NCBI RefSeq assembly: GCF_964355755.1
Contig: NC_092675.1
Span: forward strand, 5,513,812-5,577,811
DNA length: 64,000 bases
Direction of reading: 5' to 3'
Source: Antedon mediterranea
Taxonomy: Eukaryota > Animalia > Echinodermata
A program made the position numbers and the translations under genes. Positions 1 to 12,449 of this stretch are shown here, one piece after another. The notes beneath the pieces are model-generated. The model made no database searches. It had not been told where the DNA came from and saw only the letters and a program-made list of their open reading frames with translations. How positions within the stretch are numbered: position 1 is the first letter of the stretch; each line of letters opens with the position of its first letter.

Positions 1-100
1 TGATGTGTCCAAATATGGACATGATGATGTCATATCACTACCATATTTGGGCACATCACACTTTTTTTGTCAAAATAGTTTAATAGTGTAGACAGATCTT
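1..100. mobile_element. MITE family A (PIF/Harbinger-like), truncated by the window edge
   Basis: Same body and right TIR (..TAGTGTAGACAGA) as the copies at 12265 and 51171. Confidence 0.8.
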
Positions 101-1061
101 AAGAAAATTTGATATAACATCAAGATTTCCTTCCCTGGTTAGAAAATGTTTATTGTCACTGTTTACAGTGTAATGTGTAGATCCAACACTAGGTGTTAAT
201 AAACTTGGAATTGTTGACAGAGCTTAAGATTCAATATCACCATTAATAAAGTATCATAAGACAGTGATAAGACACCAAAGAAATGGCGTCTTGTGGGTTG
301 AGGCTGATCCGTCTAAATTTTGAAACTTTACAATACAAAAGAATGAAAATACGGTGCATTTCAGCACTTTGTTTTACACTTACATTATATAATTAGTTTT
401 AAAAGCCTGGTTCCATCACTATTATAATAAAATAATTCAAACTTTATATTAAACAAGAAGAAAGAAGAAGCAGGACCAATGGATGACAAGTTGAAACGAA
501 TATAGCAAAATGTATATAGTAAATTAAATATTGATGTTCTTTGTTCTTACAGGGAGTAACACACTTTTATATTTGTAAACATAGGTGCTATGAAGAGCAC
601 TTTTAATATATCGAATATCAGCTAAAAAAAACTATTATCACCTTGTTTTATTGATTTAACATAATTATGGAAATAATAAGTTATTGATAATGAGGTTATT
701 TTTGAATAAATGCCTGTATCTGTTCTTTCTTCTTCTCTTATGTGTTCTTTCATTTTGTTGTATGTATATATTGTATATTTTAATATTTAGACATTTATAT
801 AATTGAATTAAATGTTTTGCGGTGTAATATATTTTAACCGACATTAAACGTCTGACTTGGTGACTACTTCTTCGCATGCAGCTAAAGTAAAATGACGTCA
901 CGTTAAAGCGTGTCGTCACAGAGTCTCATGCATATGCAAAAGGGTGTTTTGTCTCTGCTTCTTGTGCGCTCATGATTTTACAAAATGTTTTCAGAGTGAT
1001 TAATTAATGATGGTGCGATCGGTGGTACAGAAAATAATCCGATATTGTTCCAGATAACAAA

Positions 1062-1146
1062 GAAGCAGATTAAATATAGTTGTTTATTCGACCCATTTGG
1101 CTTAGAAGCAGATTAAATATAGTTGTTTATTCGACCCATTTGGCTT
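1062..1146 (+). repeat. Tandem duplication of ~43 bp
   Basis: AGAAGCAGATTAAATATAGTTGTTTATTCGACCCATTTGGCTT occurs twice in tandem. Confidence 0.9.
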
Positions 1147-1633
1147 GCTTAGATGCCTAGCCCTATAGACAGACTTTCTATGATACCTACTCACTAGCGG
1201 CCTAACTAAAGACAAGTAAAATACAGTATACACTACCCACTATCAGGCCATCCATATCCTCCCCTTCATCGTTACCACCGCGTGGCATTGTGCAGATACT
1301 AACCCAGCATACTAGCTAACTTCCCACCCACCCTAGCTCTCAGGTATGCACTGCGCTGCCACTACTACAGACAGTAGGAGGCCTAGCCTAATTCGGGCCT
1401 CATGTCTTGCAGCATTTGAAAATACATACTAATATTGTACATTATTATTATTTTGTATTCGCACTGGAAGTATCTAGGCTCTCCTGTCATGTTAAAATTA
1501 AAGTATATTATTTATTATCCTCAGCAGTGAAAACAATTATATTTTGTTGTATATTTTCGATAAATCTCGCGTCGCGTGTGTTTGGTGGTGGAAAAAACTC
1601 TCAGCAAGTTTGCTTCATTTATATGCATGAGAC

Positions 1634-2456
1634 CAAAGAATATATATCACAAGAATGAGTATTCCGCGATTTTTGCATGAGAAATTTGTAACAGCAGAGA
1701 GCTCCAGAGAGTGATGCCCGCCCTCATAAGGGCGGATGTATACATACTAAATAAGACTTGATTTAATAGACATGATACATGTCACATTAAATAGAATTAT
1801 GATAATAGTTTTTGCAATTGTAAACTATTTTATAATACATATTTATTAACAAACTAGTGTTTATTCACTTTTACAGACAATTATTTACTAACATGCTAAG
1901 TTAGTTCACAAAAAAGGCCTAACACAGCAACACCAAAAATCAACGAATATTACTCAGCACGGCCTATTCTTTACCATTGCCGTGTACTACTGTACGCCCG
2001 GTAAATTAAGTATTGTTTTTATGATATAAATTAGTATAAAACACATGTTATTAATAGGAGAAAATGTTATATGTCATTAACATTTATTTGTTTTACCAGA
2101 AACAAGTTAAATATAGGAATATTATTAAACTATCCTTCGTGAAAACGCGTAAACACCAACACGCCCGGTCACGCTATCGTAGCGCCCGGTTGATAAATCA
2201 AACTGTTTATACGGCAGTTTTTACTAAATAAATTGCATAAAACGAACAATTAAATATTCAAATAGTATTTAACATGATGTTGGCATGTAGTTGATAACAT
2301 TTTTATCATCGGAAAATACTCCGGTGGTCCAGCATTTGATTAGTGAAACCTTCACAAAAAGTTGTAAACATCCCAGATACATCCACACTTATGGCGGCGC
2401 CCTACCACATGGACAATATTACTGTTACAGGGAAAATCGCGGATTACTCATTCTTG
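1634..2456. mobile_element. Nested CA..TG element with 7-bp TSD (ATGAGAC), inserted into the right TIR of the 859-2527 element
   Basis: ATGAGAC at 1627-1633 and 2457-2463. Inverted repeat CAAGAATGAGTATTCCGCGATTTT (1650) versus AAAATCGCGGATTACTCATTCTTG (ending 2456). Confidence 0.7.
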
Positions 2457-2555
2457 ATGAGACTCTGTGACGACCCACTTTAACATGACGTCATTTTACT
2501 TTAGCTGCATGCGAAGAAGTAGTCACCGACTTTAAATTGTGATGAAAATGAATCG

Positions 2556-2567
2556 TAGCGCCCTCTA
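2556..2567 (-). promoter_or_regulatory. CTCF-like motif TAGAGGGCGCTA in the STOX proximal upstream region
   Basis: TAGCGCCCTCTA lies ~170 bp upstream of the ATG. The same core recurs at 27608, 28109, 29641 and 43442. Confidence 0.4.
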
Positions 2568-2736
2568 TGTATTCTTCTCTCCGCTAAGTACAAACTTAGT
2601 TGTTCTGTTGTGAGAACAAAACAGCGAGTTGAGTTGTGAGTGCAACGAGTGGCTGGTGGAGTGTCTAGGCCTAGATATTATCAGAGATATGGAACTGAAG
2701 TCAATTCATATTGCTTCATAAATATTTAGAAATAAA

Positions 2737-3091
2737 ATGGCTCAACGAAACATTGTGTCAGAAATGCGACGGAATAACAAAACCATTGCTATAACTGGAA
2801 GTTCTATTGCGATTTTGTTAGCCCCAGTAACGTGCCGCGATGACAGCGACATCGGGGAAAAGGCTCCCCACTCCGGCGGTCGTGACATATTTCGCGACTT
2901 CCAACGAGAGAATAAACTTAACTTGTGGAATAAACCACTGGCAGAATCTGTGAGGGAACTGACTTATTTAGGCTGGCTAGAGCCTGGAACATTGTTTGTT
3001 CAAGGAACAGATAGAGGACTGGATGGCCTACGAGAAGCTTTTTCAAGAAGGGTGCTAAAACCGCCAAGGAATTACACCATTCATAACCTTG
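2737..3091 (+). CDS. STOX1: Storkhead-box protein, coding exon 1 (N-terminal conserved region)
   Basis: GRDIFRDFQREN..LWNKPLAESVRELTYLGWLEPGTLFVQG...LREAFSRRVLKPPRNYTIHNLG resembles the STOX1 N-terminus (F..F.R.N..FWN..L....L.F.GWL..G.L.V....L..AW.RR.L.PP..F.I..VG). Canonical donor G|GTGAGT at 3091/3092, phase 1. Likely co-orthologous to vertebrate STOX1 and STOX2. Confidence 0.9.
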
Positions 3092-4716
3092 GTGAGTAAC
3101 AAAACACCCACACATCATAAAGTTGCAAAGTATTCAAGATGATTGATTCCATATGTTGCCACTATTCCTTTTGTTCTATAAATAAGTTAAAAAAGTACTT
3201 TTTAAACTGAAAATAATTAAAGTTAAAACCATTAATTTCATTATCTTTGTAATTATTCAGTTAACTTTCCCTGCTAGGGAATACCCAGTATTTATTCAAG
3301 TTGCTGCACTTAAGAAAGAATTAACTTAAGAAATTGGTGTATTAGATTATTAAATATTATTATTTCTGGTGTGATTATGATTGGCGGCTGTACAATAAAT
3401 GATGTACTGTATCCCTTTCTTCAACAGTCTGGGACAGATCCAACATTTTTTAAATGGGGGAATGTACTGTACAGTAAGCGTATAATAATGTTAGTCTGTC
3501 AAAATAGTTCATTAATTTGATCTAAGCCTCTAGCACTCCCCTGGTATTCGTTGTATGGCAGATAGGAAGTTATGGAGGAAAATAAGTTTGAGTATGTTCC
3601 CAGATTAAATAAGAAAAGTTAAAACAATTAAATACTCCAAACTTTGCTATTAAAAATATACATAAGCAGTGAATGGGTGTAGAAAAAAGAATGAGTTCTC
3701 AATATTACCAATTACTGTTCATCCTATCAACATGCAAGATGATCAGCGGCAGAGTTTAGTTTACACTCATTCTCAATTACAACCTATCCAATTATTTTAT
3801 ACAATTATTTTGTTATCAGTGTATGTTTGCTTTTATATATTTACTGTCTATATTTATCTACAAGGAAGCAAAATATGAGTTGCTTGCTGTGGTTCTTGTT
3901 GTTAAGTCAACATGGACTTCAGTTTCACCTTATTTGTAATACAATCTATGTTTTTGAAAATTTATACTAAACTGTAGTTTCGTTAGATATTAGTTTGAAG
4001 AATTGCAATATACGGTACCCTTATCTACTGTACGGGCTTAGGCCATGTTGAGCTACCGGCCAAAATAAAATGTAACGTGGCCAAAATAAAATGTAACGTA
4101 CCCTCAATTCAATGGTGAGTATTATTAAGGCTTTGACAAGTAAATAGCCTATAGTAGCTCTTATACAAGATTCATGATCTGGTTCAGTTGCAAAGTAGTA
4201 GATCAACTTGGCGGCAGCTCAACTGGTCCCATCCCCTGCAAGTATAACATCTGTAATACTTTCTGAACATACTATAGACACATTATGACTCTACAGTAGA
4301 TATTGAACCATGTATTGTAGGAATATATACTGATGTACAATCCAAACAACATATTTAATGCAGCACTGCCATTTTAATTCATTGCATGGTTTCAAAGACT
4401 TTAGGATGTAAATATAAGAAGTAAGCTCTATATTACGATACAGTTGATCTATGTAGGCCTACCAATACCAAAGCTTTATTAGAAATAACTACTGTATATA
4501 TAAACAACAACACAGCAGTAAATCAAGATAAAATGCGATATCTCTGATTTTGACCAATATGGAACAGTCAAGTGGCTTACAATACAAGCTGTTGTTTGTA
4601 ATACAACACTTGTGTATGTCATAATCTATTTGTGAATTCTTTATGATTTGTTGTGTACTGTAGGGGTCAGTCTTTAATCATCATGTATGTATACCAAAAA
4701 AGCCTTGAGGAAAGTT

Positions 4717-5333
4717 AGACACCTTTCCTACATTTTTTAAATCTTCAGTAATTTAAGATCACAAACTATATTTAATGTAAAAATAATACTATATGGTCCT
4801 ATTGCAATAACTTTTTTCGTCTTTGAATGGTTAAAAATGTGAAAAATAAGTTGATTCTAATAATTATAGCCGCCCGCTATAAATCCCAAAATGCATTGCA
4901 CACGGATTGATATTTTTGTTTTTCTTCTGTTATTCATGGTCCACTTTTTGATTGATCGTGAGGCCAAAACAAATGGAAGACTCCTAACTTTTAATTAAGC
5001 GAAATTACCGGGTTTTCCCCAATTTGTATCAACGAAGTCTGGCAAAAATAGGAAGACAATTAATGCAGCAACTATACTGTACAACGTCAGGCTAGGTATA
5101 TAGCTAGCGTACGATGTCCGTACGTTACCGATGTTTACCAGCTAGGCCTCCAAAACTAAGCCTAGCTAGGCTATGCCTAAAAAGAGGTCGAAAGCTACTT
5201 AGGTAGGGCATTGTTTCTCACTTTTTATTATAATTTACCATAAAACGTACATTTAAGACAAGGAATGACCTGGTTTAATGTTTTTAAAGTAATATATATG
5301 TATTATTTTTACAAAGTTGTAAAGAAGGTGTCT
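4717..5333 (+). mobile_element. Kolobok-like non-autonomous element B, copy 1
   Basis: TIR AGACACCTT..TAC / GTA..GAAGGTGTCT followed by TTAA. ~620 bp, highly similar to 38623-39280. Confidence 0.8.
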
Positions 5334-5421
5334 TTAAACTAAACTGGGTGGATAATCACTCACTTTAGTAAACAGTCAACTTTAGCTCTTTCTTGGTAAA
5401 CCTATTGATTGTTAGTTTCAA

Positions 5422-5578
5422 GGGTTTTGCTAAACACCGCAAACCGCAAATATTTTTTTTACATGGATATACCCAGTGGGTTGTACACTACATGATTCAA
5501 TCACTTTTATGTTGGTTCGATAAGGTTTGCTATGTTTTTTTGGAAGTTTGCGGGGGTTTGCGGGGTTTAGCAATACCC
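5422..5578. mobile_element. MITE with GGG..CCC TIRs and 8-bp TSD (Merlin- or MULE-like)
   Basis: GGGTTTTGCTAAACACCGCAAAC / GTTTGCGGGGTTTAGCAATACCC, with AGTTTCAA on both sides (5414-5421, 5579-5586). Confidence 0.8.
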
Positions 5579-7602
5579 AGTTTCAACACATTGTCATCAA
5601 CAATGGTTGATTTGCTTTACCTTGTAGATGACGAATATTGAAGATCAACTTATTGATGGGTCGTTTTCAACATGATTGCACAATAAATATACATTTTTTA
5701 TTAAAATTCTTCTATGAATGACTACATTTGCAGAAACTCATCCACGTACACATCACTTGTACCTCTATTTTGATTGGCATTAATTTATAGATGATTGGAA
5801 ATCTGCAAATGCTAATTGAGACCAGCTTTAGTTACATAATTCCATCAATTGCATTTTATTAGATTATTAAACCAGGGAGTTGATTAAACCAATCCGATTC
5901 TTAAATCGCATTAGAACAGCCATTCCATTGAAGTTCAGTATTGAATGGTGGGTACATTATAAGGTATCTTTTTACATGCAGAATTGAATTGAGTTTGCTT
6001 TAAGAAAATTAGAAATTTAATATTAAAACCTATTATTTTTTACTTTTAAAATTAACCAAATTTATCAACTGCTATGTTGGTGTATGTTCTGCTATGATTA
6101 AAGTTTTTGTATACTGTATGAAATAGAATTATACAGTGGAAAAAGAAATTCTGTAACGTATCATTTTAGGACTAATACTCAAATACAACATAAATTTACT
6201 GTCGAAACTGGCTAGCATACATTACAGTAATTTTTTTCTTAATATATTCAAGTTATATTCTGGATTATACAGAATATATTACTAGACATTCAATGATATA
6301 AAAACATATACCAAATTATAAACAATTATGGAACATTTTCATAGAGAAAACAGTATTATTTGACCATTTTTAATCAATATTGTCCTGTGGTCACCAATTC
6401 TTTTGCCCAAGTGCATTTAAAACTTGTTGAGTTGGTCAAACCAGTAATGCTGCCATTATTTTATCATGTTGCCTTCCACAAACAATACAGCTTTTGTGTG
6501 TAGTATTGATTGTTTCAATTGTCACCATGTACCTTGTGTTAATTCAACCCATTGTCTCTTACAAATTGTATTTAGCTCAAATAAACCTAATTTTAAACTT
6601 TATAATAAAAGCATTTGTGTAGGATTTTTTTAGGATTGAGCTATTTGACCTGTATTTTGAATAAATTAATAAATACACAGATGAAATTAAGTAAAAGAGT
6701 AGAATATCTTAAGGTTTGATTTTGACAACATTAGGTGGAATTGTTATCATACAGTTGACTTTAATATCAGTAATAAGAAAATGTGTTCAATCATTATTCG
6801 AGCAGTATTTAGCTTACAATGAATGTGGCATTTTCTGCAATATTCACCTCTTTTACTTTTGTTGTTTGCATGTATTATGTTGTTATAGTTCTACAGTATG
6901 TTAATTGATGATTTTATGATTGAGGTATGGCCCCCTTGTGTCAAATAAATAATGATAAAATGAGAAACAAAAAGTCTTTAAACTTTCCCTAAATAATTTT
7001 TTCCCTAGCTTGGCCATTTTTTTAATGTTTTCAGAAATTTGGTTCATAGTTTTTGTTAATTAAGTAATGATAATTATTTTTCATTTAACTAGTACCGTAT
7101 TAAATTGTTTGACTATAAATTGTTGATGGTCATTTAATGCACTAGAATGATTGACATTTGAATGGCAGTAATAGTCAATTGTCACTGAACAACACATCCA
7201 ATCAAATCCTTTCAAACATTTGAGTGAAAGCAAATAGTAAACAATGACAATGTTTTATTCAATGACTAAATTAATTAATTGGCATTCCTAGGTTTCATCT
7301 CCTATTTTCCCATTCATTTCAATGACAAAACAATCTCCAAGCCACAGAATATAGGCCTACATCATCCTGCATTAACATGTAACATTTGAGTAAATTTGTT
7401 TTTCATGTTCTTCGTTTTGTATTATACTAATGGACTAAATTAAGCTCTTGTACAATTCTATCATGTAATATACAGGCTTGCATATTAGTTACAGGAACTA
7501 CAAAATTGGTGAAATAAGGTATTGCCCTAACCTTCACATCAATACAATACAACAATTCTTCTTGTTGCTGTGTAACCATTTTGTTTATGAAATGTAGCTG
7601 TA

Positions 7603-7765
7603 AAGTCCTGTCTATACTATCAAACTAGTTTTTAAAAACTGTGATGTGCCCAAATATGGTACAGTAGTAATATGCCCAAATATGGTACTAATCCTATGAC
7701 ATCATCATGTCCGTGGGCACATCACATTTTGTTGTCACATAAAGTTTGAAAGTGTAGACAGAGCT
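7603..7765. mobile_element. MITE family A copy
   Basis: TIRs CTGTCTATACTATCAAACT / AGTTTGAAAGTGTAGACAGAGCT. Confidence 0.8.
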
Positions 7766-8395
7766 GTATGTTGTTTGAAAGCACCCTACTGGAATCATTC
7801 ATCCATTATTCAAATGACAATGGACACCAAATACTGAAAGAAAATCCGCTGGCATAATTAGAAATATTTAAATGAGTTAACAAGAGTGTGGTAGGCTAAA
7901 GTGTTGAAATCCAATAACTACTGGAGAGTATTGCAGACCTTTTTTATAAATTTAAAGTACAATGATACAGTATTATCGAGAAATGGTAATTTCTGAAAAG
8001 GTTGAGCTCACTTCGCTCATTTAGTAAGTGTATTGATGTATGGTTCTTGAAAACATATAAAAAATTGATGTAATGCTTCAAAGGAATGGTATTTTATTAT
8101 TATTATAAATTGTTTTCAAGTTTTCAACATTAATTCATTCCTCTCAACATACATTCCTATCATCATCATCATCTTATTATCATCATCATCAAAATTATTA
8201 TCATGGTCTTGATATTGATTTCTTTTGCAATTCTCATAGTTTCTACATCTATTCAACCTTTTTTTTTTAACTCTATATTGTCTTGAAAAAAGCATCCTTC
8301 AAATAATTGCAAAATACTCAAAGAATGCTATATTCATGCATCTAATTACAAAACTATTACATAATATTACAAGAATTGAAAGTTTAGGATGTTAA

Positions 8396-8730
8396 AGATT
8401 TATCGTCCCCCAAGAACATGAAGATTAATTAAATCATACTTTGAATAGGTTATTTTTTAGTGTTAATACACTACAGCTAATCACTTCTGTAGAAAAAAAC
8501 GGGGAAAAACAATGTTTTCACTTATAAAATTACAAAATAAATGGTTAAATTCAACCACAATCCCACTAGCCCATAGCCAATTTGACTATTTTTGCGTTAA
8601 ATTACACTTTTTCAAATCAAATTTTTGTTCAAAATGGATATGTAATATGTGACATTAAAATGGCATATTCAACAACAAAAACTAAGAATTTTTTTTCCCA
8701 GGGGGAAGGAGAAGACAAGACAATACATCT
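8396..8730. mobile_element. Kolobok-like element D (TTAA|AGATGTATTGTC family), diverged copy
   Basis: Starts TTAA|AGATTTATCGTCCCC and ends GACAATACATCT. Reverse-complement similarity to 58738-59024 and 61002-61110. Confidence 0.7.
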
Positions 8731-10564
8731 AACATTTTAACACCACCTTATCCTTTATTAAATTATTATAAATTCTACAATCTACTGTCAGTTTTTTTCC
8801 ATACAACAGTATATCAAAAGCATAATGACATAAACAAGTCAAGGGGCCCATATATAAAGCGATAAAATGTACAGTATTCAGTGAAAGAATAAAGACGTAA
8901 AAGCCAGAAAGAATGAGCCTGTGGTTGTGGAAAGGCCAGTGCTGCAAACCAACAAACAAAATAATATGAAGTCTAAGTGGCGTGTTTAAGAGTATTATGA
9001 TAAATTATGTAGCGCTGTTATGAAATGCATATAGTAGCTGTACAGTTAAAGTAATTTATGATACTATTACTAATACATATACATTTGGAATTGGGAACAA
9101 GACCCTTTTAAAGTTAATTAGTCCTTTTTCGTATGCAGTTTTCTAGATAAACCGTCATTGCTTGTTTCTCTCCTAATTAAGATAGTAATTATGAAGTTCA
9201 GTAGGCTTGTTAAAACCAAATTAATGGATTTCTTAGCTGCAGTACCTCAATACTTAGTAAATCTTTTCAAATTATAACTACAGTTTTATGTGTATCTATT
9301 TATTTATGTTTATAAAACTTTTAATTACCTTGCTGAATATAAACAAAATTTAGTGAAAGCTCGGCAATTTAGGAAATTTATCGACATTGTAAACATTTTT
9401 TCTCTTCAATCACATTTATCATTTGCCTCAGCCTGGATAAGAGTATACCTATGGTTGGTTTACTCATGTGTACTGGCACAATATACTGTAACTTGACTAA
9501 TACTGTACTTGGGAGACGAGGAGAAGAACGAAAATAAATATGTAGAGATACGGTGGCGCCAATTCTGCTTTTCTTCCCATTTTAATAAAATTATGAACTT
9601 CATATTAATTAAAATTAACTTATAAAATTATTAAAGCATCAGTTTGTTTTTGCTATTTCAGATGTGTACACATATATTGCTATATAAACATTTTTGAGAG
9701 AAGGGTCAATTGACAAGGTCATTCTATCTGTTATTAATGTACCATGTTGAGGGTTAAAAACAGTTACAGGTATAGTTTTGGCTTGAATATAAAGTTATAC
9801 TAAAATGTAAACCTTTGTACCTCGTTGTTAAAATGATAATAAATAATATCGTATCGTATACTGTACAGTAGGTAAAGTTGTGATTCTGTGAAAGAGGAAC
9901 TTGCTTCTGGAATTTCTTGATTTTGTTGATATCTATTTCAAATTATGATTTCTTTGCCATTTTATATGTATATCCAGTTTCAATTATTTTTCACATTTAC
10001 TAATTTCCTGCAATGTATAATTTATGTTCAGTTCGAGAGTACATTATGCCCAGTACATGGGATTAAGGTTATAAAGCTTAACTGGATAAAAGCTGTTGAG
10101 GGTCTTCAAATTGAAACATCCAATAATACATTAAACAAAATCTGACAAGATTTTATGTAATTAATAGAAACGTAAAGTTATAAGAAATAAAATCTTTATT
10201 AACCTTGAAACTTGCAGAAGGCCTACAATGATATACAGTAGTAGTCATTCTACTAGACTTTATTTCATAATAGTTATACCCGGTATGGTTTTACCCCCAC
10301 ACTGACTAAGTGGTTTTTGATCGATCGTCTTTGGTCCAGTAAATTCGAATTCATATTGCGATAATTCATTGTACAGAAATATAGGCCTACACATTATATA
10401 GAAAAACAAGTTAGGAATCTAAGACCCAAATAAACTATTGATTGATTCTTTAAAGATATGAGTGTCATTAATAAACCACACCCCTATGGAAACAAACCAA
10501 TCAACAAGCAGCATTATTTGCTTTATTTGCTTTATTATGTCTATATGTTCAATTGTAAAGTTTA

Positions 10565-10849
10565 CTGTCATTTTGGGCTCAATTGCTCTTTGCTTTTTCT
10601 CAGAAGAAAAATGAAATCTCCTGGCAACCTTACTGTATATCAAATGGCACATTTATTTACCTGTCATTTTGGGCTCAATTGCTCTTTGCTTTTTCTCAGA
10701 AGAAAAATGAAATCTCCTGGCAACCTTACTGTATATCAAATGGCACATTTATTTACCTGTCATTTTGGGCTCAATTGCTCTTTGCTTTTTCTCAGAAGAA
10801 AAATGAAATCTCCTGGCAACCTTACTGTATATCAAATGGCACATTTATT
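10565..10849 (+). repeat. Tandem repeat, 96-bp unit x ~3, near-identical
   Basis: Unit CTGTCATTTTGGGCTCAATTG... starts at 10565, 10661 and 10757. This explains the repetitive ORFs at 10458 and 10583. Confidence 0.95.
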
Positions 10850-11300
10850 GTCATCATTTGTCCCAATGGTCTCTCCATTATGGTTTGCATCCCGGTTACC
10901 ATAGTGATACATCTTGTAATCCAACAACATTTCGATTTGTGGTTTTTATTGGACAATAAAGGAAAGCTTTGGAAAGATTTTGATATAATTTTGACCTAAT
11001 GTGAACTTAAGTACAGTAAGTCTTAGAACACTGTTTGCTAATATATTAAAAGGTTTTTTTTAATTGGTGAATCTATCATCTATAAAATGTTCATTGCATC
11101 ATCGAACATTTATTGTTTGTATATATTACGATTAAGTATTGTATAATAAATTGAAAGATGAAAGGGATGTATTTTACTGTATAAAATATATTGTGATACT
11201 ATACATCCATTTCTTCCTGGCTGTTCACTTCTATGTTTCAATAATTAAATGCTTTTTTATTACATCCCTGCCATTCTTTTTTATTATATAGTACGGTATA

Positions 11301-11391
11301 CCGTAAATCTTCTGAATTGTAATGTAACCCTGGGTTATTATTCATTGATTGTTTTTTAGGGTGGGTTACTATTCTATTAGAAGATTTATGG
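11301..11391. mobile_element. Tc1/mariner (Tc2/pogo-type) MITE
   Basis: TA|CCGTAAATCTTCT ... AGAAGATTTATGG|TA. Confidence 0.7.
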
Positions 11392-12264
11392 TAATACCAT
11401 GTTCACCCCTAATATAGGCTAAATTTGGACACAGAACTTGTTCTTTTTATGCAATGACAGTATTTCCCCCTTTAATTTTTGCAAAAGTTCCTCTGTATGA
11501 AATTGTGCCTATCTTATTGTATGGTACTCTTGCAGTAGACTTTATCTTTATTGGACTTCAAATCAAACCGTGACCTTTGTACTCTTGTACTTTTGTGTTT
11601 AACGTTGGTTTGTGACTTGTTGCCATGGGAATGGCATGGAGTGTGTCAAATGAATTGTTGGAACTCATCTACACCTTGTTTGTATTGTCATCCATGTCTG
11701 TTTGTAGGCCTACTTTATTAATGAACACTGCAAACATGTTTTGTTCTATGTATATAGCTCACTGTAGCATGGAGTGTAGACAGAAAGGCCTAATTAATTG
11801 GGGGACCTTGAGTGTCCAGGTAACATTGATCAGGGTGCCCATTACATTGTATTGACATTATAAATCCATATATAAAACTGTTCTTTTGTGGATGATGTTC
11901 ATTATAATAGATATAGTAGACAAGACAAACATCTAGGCCTACAGTACTACAGTATGCAATATACATATTAAGCACATGCTTATCAAAAATATATTTCCTA
12001 TAAAATGCGTGTACAGTCTGTGTGTTACAACCATATTGCCTTCATTATTAAAGTTACCATAACATTATTCTTTAAAAGTCCTGGATGTTTTGTCAAAAAA
12101 TAAAAAATAAAAAAAAATGAAATTGTGTAAACTTTTAAAAGAACTGTATGGCTCTATGAAGTAGTTTCCTATACTAATTCAGGTGTGATGCTTAATATAC
12201 TTTTAATGTTTGTTTATCCGGAAATTAAATTTGAATTAAAACAAATCATATAATAATGATCTTA

Positions 12265-12449
12265 AGCTCTGTCTACACTATCAAACCATGGACCTATAAA
12301 TCTAATTGATAGGTTTATGATCAAACTTTATGTGACAAAAAATGTGATGTGCCCATACTGTATATGGACACGATGATGTCATATCACTACCATATTTGAG
12401 TACATCACACTTTTTTTTTTCAAACTAGTTTGATAGTGTAGACAGAGCT
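12265..12449. mobile_element. MITE family A, full copy carrying a 33-bp insertion
   Basis: Perfect TIR AGCTCTGTCTACACTATCAAAC with TTA/TAA flanks. Confidence 0.9.

Larger units (their letters stand above)
859..2527. mobile_element. Non-autonomous DNA transposon with ~70-85 bp TIRs and 5-bp TSD, immediately upstream of STOX
   Basis: GGTGACTACTTCTTCGCATGCAGCTAAAGTAAAATGACGTCA... at 859 has its reverse complement ending at 2527. Both ends are flanked by GACTT (854-858, 2528-2532). Confidence 0.85.

Noticed and set aside
10458-10999. 148-aa and 138-aa ORFs
   Set aside because: They arise from the 96-bp tandem repeat inside the STOX intron and resemble no protein family I recognise.
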